Positions 37,705 to 45,726 of a DNA stretch of 45,900 bases are shown in pieces; position 1 is the stretch's first letter, and every line of letters starts with the position of its first letter. A program made the position numbers and the translations under genes. The notes below the pieces were generated by a model. That model was given only the letters and a program-made list of their open reading frames with translations, did not search any database and had not been told where the DNA came from. Source of the stretch: an uncultured Candidatus Saccharibacteria bacterium. Lineage in GTDB: Bacteria; Patescibacteriota; Minisyncoccia; Phycocordibacterales; UBA9973. The DNA lies in assembly GCA_964366625.1 (NCBI GenBank), contig CAYIUH010000001.1:1-45900 (forward strand). Reading direction: 5' to 3'.

Positions 37705-38535
37705 TTATTTTATTCCCAATTCAATTTTAGATCTTTCTACTTCTTCTGCATTTGGTATCCGGTAGTGCCAGTTATTATCATCTTCCATAAATGAAACCCC
37801 TTTACCTTTTACAGTGTGGGCGATGATAGCAGTAGGTTTACCGTTCTCTGCAGGAAACTGGCCAAAAGCCTCCAAAAGCTGATCGATATTATGGCCATCA
37901 ACTTCAATTGTGTTCCAGCCAAAGGCTTTCCATTTATCAGCCAATGGATCAAGTGCCATAACATCCTGACTCCTGTCTGTCGCTTGCCATTTATTAAAAT
38001 CAATAATCACACATAAATTACTGATCTTTTTACCCCCTGCCAACATAGCAGCTTCCCAAATAGAACCTTCATTACATTCCCCATCACTCAATAAAGCATA
38101 TACATTGTATGCTTCTTTCGTTATCCGGGAAGCAAGCGCCATGCCCACACCCATGGGCATGCCATGACCAAGTGAACCAGTTGCAGCTTCAATACCAGCC
38201 AGGTAATCCGGAGTAGGCGGATGCTCGGCAAAAATTCCACCATCTTCACCGTAGTTATCCAACCATTCTTCCGGATAAAATCCACGCATGGCTAATACCT
38301 GGAAAAGAGCCGGGGCACCATGGCCTTTACTTAATATAAACCGGTCACGATCAGAAGACCTAGGATTGGTAGTATCTAGTTTCAATACTGAAAAGTAAAG
38401 TGTTGCGAGAATATCTACACAGGAAAGGCATGAGCCCAAATGAGGCATACTCGCTCTGTGAGAAGTTTCAATAATCCTAGCTCTTAGTACCCGAGTCTTT
38501 TGCTGAATATCGTCTATTAAAGTCATTTTAAACAC
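37705..38535 (-). CDS. Transketolase, N-terminal (ThDP-binding) subunit of a split enzyme
   Basis: 276 aa. Motifs: HLGSCLSCVDILATLYF, ILSKGHGAPALF, GSLGHGMPMGVGMA, LLSDGECNEGSIWEA. The ORF-track start is GTG 38535. ATG 38526 (MTLIDD) is an alternative. Confidence 0.85.
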   Translation of the reverse strand: MFKMTLIDDIQQKTRVLRARIIETSHRASMPHLGSCLSCVDILATLYFSVLKLDTTNPRSSDRDRFILSKGHGAPALFQVLAMRGFYPEEWLDNYGEDGGIFAEHPPTPDYLAGIEAATGSLGHGMPMGVGMALASRITKEAYNVYALLSDGECNEGSIWEAAMLAGGKKISNLCVIIDFNKWQATDRSQDVMALDPLADKWKAFGWNTIEVDGHNIDQLLEAFGQFPAENGKPTAIIAHTVKGKGVSFMEDDNNWHYRIPNAEEVERSKIELGIK

Positions 38536-38560
38536 ATTATTTGTTGAGAATAGATGAAAT

Positions 38561-39508
38561 TCATAATTGGGCTAAATTCAGATGCTTCATCCATTTTACT
38601 GTATAGCACTGATCATTTTCTACAAGTTTTCCTGATTCATACATTTCAGTTATCTCATTAATTGCGTCATCAACGCCAAATTCCTGGCGGAAGCCTGTAT
38701 TTAAAAGCTTATCAGAATTTTGTCTGTAGGAACGAGGGTCATTTGAGGCTGATACTTCAATTTCTGAAGGAATCTTTTTAGCTACCCGTTCAGCTATATC
38801 GAGGATGGATATATTTTCGAAACCTGCATTATAGGTGCCAGAAGGAATAGCAGGATTTGCCAGAAAGTGTTGATACACCCTTATCATATCCTTCATATGA
38901 ATATTCGGTCTTGTCTGATTTCCGCCAAAAACCGTGATCTTACCATTTTTTAAGGCCTGGAAGGTTAGCATGTTAACACTAACATCTAATCGCATACGTG
39001 AAGAGTAGCCGCATACAGTTGCCGGGCGGATACAATGTACCTGCATTTGATCCTTGTAACTAAGCAAAACTCGTTCAGCAACCATTTTCGTCTTATTATA
39101 TACAGATATTGGCATCAAAGGAAGATCTTCTGTAACCTGAGGTTCATCTTTTACACCGTAGACACTGCCGGAACTGGCATAGATAAACTGCTTCACACCC
39201 ATTCTTGCGGCTTTATCAGCTAATTGCTGTGCAGCCAATACGTTTACTTCCCAGGAAAGGGTAGGGTTTAGCTCTACAGCAGGATCATTGGCGATATTGG
39301 CCAAATGTATAATTGCATCTACCCCTGCCAATGGAATAATTTCTATGTTCCTTACATCATCTTTAATCATGACCAGTTTTTCGTGCGGCTGCAAGTGATT
39401 TCCAAACCATTGCGTATCCAATACAATAACATGGTGCCCATCTTTTGATAAAGCTTCTGTGAGAACTGTTCCCACGTAACCGCAACCACCGGTAACTAAT
39501 AATTTCAT
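38561..39508 (-). CDS. NAD-dependent nucleotide-sugar epimerase/reductase (extended SDR)
   Basis: 315 aa. Motifs: MKLLVTGGCGYVGTVL, SSGSVYG, YNKTK. Confidence 0.75.
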   Translation of the reverse strand: MKLLVTGGCGYVGTVLTEALSKDGHHVIVLDTQWFGNHLQPHEKLVMIKDDVRNIEIIPLAGVDAIIHLANIANDPAVELNPTLSWEVNVLAAQQLADKAARMGVKQFIYASSGSVYGVKDEPQVTEDLPLMPISVYNKTKMVAERVLLSYKDQMQVHCIRPATVCGYSSRMRLDVSVNMLTFQALKNGKITVFGGNQTRPNIHMKDMIRVYQHFLANPAIPSGTYNAGFENISILDIAERVAKKIPSEIEVSASNDPRSYRQNSDKLLNTGFRQEFGVDDAINEITEMYESGKLVENDQCYTVKWMKHLNLAQL

Positions 39509-39515
39509 TTCTTAT

Positions 39516-40508
39516 TTAAGGTTTATGTATATATTCATTAGGAAGGTTTTTCAGTACATCAAGGTTATTATCTACCCAATTTAGAGTATCAATAAGGCCT
39601 TGCTCCAAAGAAATATTGTCCTTCCATCCTAGGGAATCACGTAAATAGGAGCTTTCCAGCAAATAGGCCTGATCCTTTCCAAGCCTTTCTTCGGCTACGT
39701 CTACAGCCTCACTAAACTTAAGGTCCATCATTCTACAGATCTCATCTACAACATGCCTGATTGAAACAGAATCCCGTGTAGAAATATGGAAGGTTTCACC
39801 AGGGGTACCATTCAGGGCAATTTTATAAGTTGCATCAGCAACATCTGATATATGAATAAACGAACGCACACTGTGCCCGCCACCATGCAAGGGCAACCTG
39901 ATACCCAGACGGCCAAATAACATGGTTCTCGATATTATTCGGTATAACTGCTGTCCAGGACCATAAACATTAGCAGCCCTTGTAAAAACAACAGGAAATT
40001 TATAAGCTTTGAAGAAACTCATCAGATGAAGGTCGCACGCTGCACGAGAAACAGCATAGGGGGTGCTTGGAGCAAAATTAAAGTGCTCTTTTTGCCATCC
40101 ACCTGTACTTCCATAGGCTTCAGGTGTGGTGACATGTACATACTTCTTTAAGAAATCACATTTGCGTAGCCGATCATGAAATTTTACCTGAGCCACTACA
40201 TTGGTTTGGTACCAATGCTCTGGCTGTAGCCAGCTTTGTGCCACCATCCCCTGTGCAGCAAAATTCACAACATGGGTAGGGCGGAACTCGTTGATAAGCT
40301 CCATTAATTCATCTAATTGGTGATTCAGGTCTATAACTTTAAATGCAAAATTGCCAAGGCTATCATGCGAGGCATACGGTAAAAAAACATTGTCAGGCTG
40401 CTCCGACCTGCTCACACCAACTACATCTAATTCCTCCTGTAATAAATGGTCGACAAAATGAGATCCGGAAAAAGAGTTACTACCGATTACAAGAAATTTA
40501 TTTCTCAT
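39516..40508 (-). CDS. NDP-sugar 4,6-dehydratase-like extended SDR with atypical motifs
   Basis: 330 aa and collinear with RmlB-type dehydratases. The Rossmann motif reads IGSNSFSGSHF and the catalytic motif reads PYAVSRAA (YxxxR; codon CGT). Confidence 0.65.
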   Translation of the reverse strand: MRNKFLVIGSNSFSGSHFVDHLLQEELDVVGVSRSEQPDNVFLPYASHDSLGNFAFKVIDLNHQLDELMELINEFRPTHVVNFAAQGMVAQSWLQPEHWYQTNVVAQVKFHDRLRKCDFLKKYVHVTTPEAYGSTGGWQKEHFNFAPSTPYAVSRAACDLHLMSFFKAYKFPVVFTRAANVYGPGQQLYRIISRTMLFGRLGIRLPLHGGGHSVRSFIHISDVADATYKIALNGTPGETFHISTRDSVSIRHVVDEICRMMDLKFSEAVDVAEERLGKDQAYLLESSYLRDSLGWKDNISLEQGLIDTLNWVDNNLDVLKNLPNEYIHKP

Positions 40509-41080
40509 TATTTGATTTCATTAGTCGGATTTAAACTTAACCATTGCATGCACATATGTCCGACAATGGTTTGAAGATCTTCAGAAATCTGCATATCATC
40601 CACAGGGAAATGAATAGGCACTTGCGCAAGACTCTTGCATTTACCTCCTGAAAAACCCAGAATTGCAAAGGTTTTCATATTCATTTGATTACCAACCTCC
40701 AATGCTTTAACAACATTCGGAGAGTTACCACTACCGGAAAGAACGATAAGAACGTCGCCAGCGGAAGCTTTTACTTTTAGCTGTTGTGAAAAAATGTATT
40801 CATAACCCTCATCATTTGCAATGCAGGTTATAATTGACTGATTTGCAGGTAAAGCATCAATACGTAAGCCAATACCACTCTTTTTATCTATACCATAATT
40901 AAAATCATTGGCAAGATGTATGGCATTGCCCGCACTGCCGCCGTTACCACAAATGAATACCTGCTTTTTATTGGTCCATGCATCCTGTAGGGCAACCGCT
41001 AATAGTTCGATCTTGCCTGTCACATCTCTATTGAGGGCTAAATTCAATCTAGCTATATAATCCTGGTAATGTTTTTCCAT
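40508..41080 (-). CDS. gmhA: SIS-domain sedoheptulose-7-phosphate isomerase-like (GmhA family)
   Basis: 190 aa. Motifs: VFICGNGGSAGNAIHLANDF and LSGSGNSPNV. A TAATG stop/start overlaps the downstream gene. Confidence 0.75.
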   Translation of the reverse strand: MEKHYQDYIARLNLALNRDVTGKIELLAVALQDAWTNKKQVFICGNGGSAGNAIHLANDFNYGIDKKSGIGLRIDALPANQSIITCIANDEGYEYIFSQQLKVKASAGDVLIVLSGSGNSPNVVKALEVGNQMNMKTFAILGFSGGKCKSLAQVPIHFPVDDMQISEDLQTIVGHMCMQWLSLNPTNEIK

Positions 41081-41107
41081 CCGCTGGTTTGTTTTTTATA
41101 ATTAAAA

Positions 41108-42028
41108 TTATAATCGGGCATCTACAATATCCCTGTTCAAAAAAGACTTGGTATCAAAGATCACAGCGCTTTCATCCTGTTTTATCGACCGGTAATCGAT
41201 CTCGAGGAACTCCTTGTGCGACACTGCTAGTATAATGGCATCGTATTGGGTATTAATCTCTCTGATCAATGTTATTCCATACTCTTCCAGCACTTTATCT
41301 TTTCCTGCATGTGGGTCATACACATCAACTGAAAGTCCGAATTGCTTGAGTTCTTCATAAATATCTATCACGCGTGAATTGCGTATGTCGGGACAGTTTT
41401 CTTTAAACGTAATTCCCATCACCAAAACTTTTGAGCGATTAATAGAAATGCTTTTTTGAATCATTAACTTAACAACTTTGTTTGCAATGAATTTCCCCAT
41501 TTCGTCATTCACTCTTCTGCCGGAATTAATCACATCTGAATAATAGCCAAATGTTTCAGCCTTGCTGGTTAAATAATACGGGTCAACGCTTATACAGTGC
41601 CCGCCCACCAAACCCGGTTTGAAGGGAAGAAAATTAAATTTTGTTCCAGCGGCTTCTAAAACTTCTGTGGTATCAATATTCATCCTATCAAAAATTAAAG
41701 CCAATTCGTTTACGAAAGAAATATTCAAATCGCGTTGGCAATTTTCAATCACTTTTGCTGCTTCGGCTACTTTTATGGATGGCGCTTTATAAGTTCCGGC
41801 AGTAATAATTGTTTTGTACAGTTCATCTACTGTTTCTGCAATTTCGGGAGTTGATCCCGAAGTTATTTTTTTAATTTTAGTAAGCGTCCTTTCTTTATCT
41901 CCGGGTACAATTCTCTCTGGTGAGTAGCCGCAATAAAAATCTATATTGAATTTTAATCCACTTTCCTTTTCCAATATTGGCACACAATCGTCTTCCGTAC
42001 AACCAGGATATACTGTGCTTTCATAAAA
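41108..42028 (-). pseudogene. 5'-truncated nucleotide-sugar dehydrogenase (TviB/WbpO/Cap5O family) remnant
   Basis: Family homology (FYESTVYPGCTEDDCVPILEKESGLKFNIDFYCGYSPERIVPGD...) begins abruptly near 42028. The N-terminal Rossmann domain (about 120 aa) is absent. The only in-frame start is GTG 41983, and the upstream sequence is non-coding. Confidence 0.7.
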
Positions 42029-42198
42029 ACCCTTTTTTATTTTGTAAATTATTGCTGTTTAAAAAATTGTCAAATCGTTGAATAACACATTACTCATTCG
42101 AATAAAACCCTGTCATATACCTGTAATTATAACAATAGCTTTCATGTTTCCGTGAAAGATCACTTTCTAAATGTTATTAATGAAAATTGTTTTTAGAA

Positions 42199-43398
42199 TC
42201 ATTGAACATGGTTAATAATTTTTTCGACTACAGTTTTACCTATTGCAAGCGAAGATGTTGCCGCAGGTGATGGTGCGTTACAAACATGAAGCACACGCTT
42301 CTCTTCAACAAAAAGAAAATCATCGACCAACCCACCGTCCCGTTCACACGCTTGAGCACGTACACCGGATCCTCCTTCATCAATATCGTTAATATCTATT
42401 TCCGGAATTAATTTTTGCAATGCTTTTACAAAAGCCGCCTTACTGAACGAACGATGAAATTCTCCGAGTCCCGTTCGCCAATACTTTTTTGCGATGGTAT
42501 GAAATCCGGGCCAAGAAAGTGTTTCATACGAATCACGCAAACTAAAATCACTTTTCTTATATCCTTCTCGTTTGAAAGCCAGCACCGCATTGGGTCCCGC
42601 TTCAACACCGCCGTTGATCATTCTTGTGAAATGAACACCAAGGAAAGGAAATGTGGGATCGGGTATGGGGTAAATAAGATTCTTTACTAAATACTCTTTT
42701 TCTTTTTTTAGCTTGTAATATTCGCCTCGGAATGGAATAATTCGCAGCGGCAAATTTTCCTGTGTCATTTTTGCCACGCGATCAGACATTAAACCGGCAC
42801 AACTTACAACAAATGATGCGGTGTATGAATTCTTTGATGTTTCTACTGCAATCTCATCTTGTGAAGTATGCAGCTTCATTACTTCTTCCCCGCACTGAAT
42901 CTCTCCACCTAATAAAAGCACCAGCTCCGAAAATTTTCCAATAACATCTGCATAATCAATAATTCCTGTTTGAGGCACATGAATCGCTCTTATACCGCTC
43001 ACGTGAGGTTCATGTTCGCGTATTTCTTCTTTCGACAAAAAGCGAAGATCTTTTAGTCCATTGGCTACACCACGATGATATAATTCTTCCAGCATCGGAA
43101 GTTGGCTTTCTTGAGTAGCAACAACAATTTTTCCGCATAATTCATACTGCACATTATTTTTATCACAAAATTCCAACAACTGCTTATAACCATTAATGCA
43201 ATTTTGTGCTTTTAAACTTCCCGGTTTATAATAAATTCCGGAGTGAATGACACCGCTATTGTGGCCTGTCTGGTGTTGACCAATTGATGATTCTTTTTCC
43301 AAAATCATCACTTTCAAATTTGGTCTTTGCTCTAATACGCGTAATGCTGTAGCGAGTCCAACAATACCGCCGCCAATTATTATTAAATCGTATTGCAT
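42199..43398 (-). CDS. lhgO: L-2-hydroxyglutarate oxidase/dehydrogenase (FAD-dependent)
   Basis: 399 aa. Motifs: YDLIIIGGGIVGLATA, HQTGHNSGVIHSGIYYKPGSLKA, FRGEYYKL, LIYPIPDPTFPFLGVHFTR, GPNAVLAFKREGY, CNAPSPAATSSLAIG. It matches the E. coli LhgO pattern closely. Confidence 0.85.
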   Translation of the reverse strand: MQYDLIIIGGGIVGLATALRVLEQRPNLKVMILEKESSIGQHQTGHNSGVIHSGIYYKPGSLKAQNCINGYKQLLEFCDKNNVQYELCGKIVVATQESQLPMLEELYHRGVANGLKDLRFLSKEEIREHEPHVSGIRAIHVPQTGIIDYADVIGKFSELVLLLGGEIQCGEEVMKLHTSQDEIAVETSKNSYTASFVVSCAGLMSDRVAKMTQENLPLRIIPFRGEYYKLKKEKEYLVKNLIYPIPDPTFPFLGVHFTRMINGGVEAGPNAVLAFKREGYKKSDFSLRDSYETLSWPGFHTIAKKYWRTGLGEFHRSFSKAAFVKALQKLIPEIDINDIDEGGSGVRAQACERDGGLVDDFLFVEEKRVLHVCNAPSPAATSSLAIGKTVVEKIINHVQ

Positions 43399-43429
43399 TT
43401 TAATATAATACTTTGAAGCTTATAAACTT

Positions 43430-44381
43430 TTATATATTTGCCTTAAAATAATTAACTGTTTTTTCCAACCCATTTTTTCTACTCACTTTCGTCTCCCACT
43501 TTAAAATATTTCTCGCTTTTGCGATATCAGGCTGACGAATTTTTGGATCATCAATAGGAAGTTCATTATATACAATTTTGCTCTTGCTGTTTGTCTAAAC
43601 TACTCCGAAGGAGTGGCTGCGCCATAATCTCTTTTGCTAAATCAAGCATTGTAATTTCTTCCGGGTTACCGATATTCATCGGTAATTTATATTCAGACAT
43701 CATTAATTTATAAATCCCATCAATTAAATCTGAGACATAACAGACACTTCTTGTTTGAGAGCCATCACCAAAAACTGTTACATCTTTTCCACTTAAACAT
43801 TGCGAAATAAAAGCGGGAATTGCGCGACCATCATCAATTCTCATTCTTTCACCATAAGTATTAAAAATTCTGACAATTCTTGTATCAACTTTATGAAAAT
43901 TATGATACGCCATCGTCATCGCTTCGGCAAATCGTTTTGCTTCATCATAAACTCCGCGGGGTCCAACTGGATTTACATTTCCCCAATATTCTTCCGGTTG
44001 CAGATGAACTTCCGGATCGCCATAAACTTCAGATGTAGATGCAAGTAAAAATCTTGCGTTCTTTGCTTTTGCAAGTCCCAAAGTATTATGTGTACCAAGT
44101 GAACCTACTTTTAAAGTTTGAATTGGAAGTTTTAAATAATCAATCGGGCTTGCGGGCGATGCAAAATGCCAGATAAAATTAACTTCTCCCGGAAGATCAA
44201 TAAATTTTGTAACATCATGTTTAATAAAAGTAAAATTTTTATTATCAGATAAATGCTCGATATTCTTTTCACTTCCTGTTAAAAGATTATCAATGCAAAT
44301 TACAGAATGACCTTCTGAAATTAATTTATCGCACAAATGCGAACCTAAAAATCCAGCTCCTCCTATTACAATACTCCTCAT
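43430..44381 (-). pseudogene. uxs: UDP-glucuronate decarboxylase (UDP-xylose synthase), frameshifted near its 3' end
   Basis: The ORF 43566-44381 ([23 protein letters not shown]) loses family similarity after ...LAKEIMA. The conserved C-terminus [54 protein letters not shown] is encoded in another frame, ending at 43430. The total span of 952 nt is 3n+1. Confidence 0.75.
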
Positions 44382-45700
44382 TAGTTTCTACCAATACTAT
44401 AATAGATAAAACTTAATTCTTTCATAATTTTCGGTTCAAAAATATTTCTTCCATCAAAAATTAATTTGTTTTTTAATTTTGATTTTATAATCTCAAAATC
44501 GGGATTGCGGAATTCATTCCATTCGGTTAAAATCAAAAGTGCTTCTGCATTATTTAAAGCGTCGTAAGGGTTGTTACAATAATTAATTGAATCTTTTAAA
44601 TAATATTTTGCAGTTTCATTTGCAGCGGGGTCGTACGCACTAATGGTTGCGCCAAGAGATAATAATTTTGTAATTATTGAAATCGATGGCGCATCTCGCA
44701 TATCATCTGTGTTTGGCTTAAATGACAAACCCCAAATAGCAAAATGTTTTCCTTGAATGTCATTTTTAAAATGTTTTAAAATTTTATTTACTAAAATTTC
44801 TTTCTGTTTTTTATTTACTTCATCAACAACTGAAAGTAATTTAATTTCACATCCAACATCGATTGAGGTTTTAATTAACGCTTTTACATCTTTTGGAAAA
44901 CAGGAGCCACCATATCCAATTCCAGAAAATAAAAATTTTTTTCCAATCCGAGAATCATTTCCAATTCCTCTTCGCACTAAATCAACATCAGCGCCAACTA
45001 CTTCGCAAAAATTTGCAACTTCATTCATATAAGTAATTCGCATTGCGAGATAACTATTGGCAACATATTTCGAAACCTCAGCACTTGCAATATCCATTTC
45101 AATAATTCTTTTATCAATTCTAAAAAATGGATCGTATAATTTTTTTAATCTTTCCATTGTTACAGGATTACTTGCGCCAATGATTACTCGCTCGGGTTTC
45201 ATAAAATCTTCAACTGCAAATCCTTCTCTCATAAATTCTGGATTAGATGCAACATCAAAATTTCTAACACCATATTTTTTTATTTCATCAAATACTTTTT
45301 GCGATGTGCCAACTGGAACCGTACTTTTATTTATTATAATTTTTGATTGTGCATCACCGCCATTTTCGGAAAATATTTTTCCAATTTCATCAGCGACTTT
45401 TAAAACATATTTCAAATCGGCTGAGCCATTTTCATCTTGCGGAGTTGGAAGTGCTAAAAAAATAAATTCGGATTGTGTTACTGCATATTTTAAATCATCT
45501 GTAAACTCAAGTCGATTTTGTTGAATATTTCTTTGAAATAAAATATCCAATCCCGGTTCATAAATTGGGATTTCCCTATTTTTTAGTTTGGCAAGTTTTT
45601 GTGGATTGTTATCAACGCAAATTACATGGTTTCCAGTTTCGGCAAAACATGTACCAGTAACTAATCCGACATATCCAGTACCGATAATTGCAATTTTCAT
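44381..45700 (-). CDS. ugd: UDP-glucose 6-dehydrogenase
   Basis: 439 aa. Motifs: [52 protein letters not shown] overlaps uxs. Confidence 0.9.
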   Translation of the reverse strand: MKIAIIGTGYVGLVTGTCFAETGNHVICVDNNPQKLAKLKNREIPIYEPGLDILFQRNIQQNRLEFTDDLKYAVTQSEFIFLALPTPQDENGSADLKYVLKVADEIGKIFSENGGDAQSKIIINKSTVPVGTSQKVFDEIKKYGVRNFDVASNPEFMREGFAVEDFMKPERVIIGASNPVTMERLKKLYDPFFRIDKRIIEMDIASAEVSKYVANSYLAMRITYMNEVANFCEVVGADVDLVRRGIGNDSRIGKKFLFSGIGYGGSCFPKDVKALIKTSIDVGCEIKLLSVVDEVNKKQKEILVNKILKHFKNDIQGKHFAIWGLSFKPNTDDMRDAPSISIITKLLSLGATISAYDPAANETAKYYLKDSINYCNNPYDALNNAEALLILTEWNEFRNPDFEIIKSKLKNKLIFDGRNIFEPKIMKELSFIYYSIGRN

Positions 45701-45726
45701 TTATTTTTTTGTGCGAAGTATTTGTT

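Noticed and set aside
8274-42608. Short minus-strand ORFs nested out of frame in larger genes (8274-8465, 14423-14629, 17427-17618, 29222-29410, 32358-32576, 37809-38003, 42426-42608).
   Set aside because: They overlap well-supported genes in another frame and show no family motifs. They are most likely chance ORFs.
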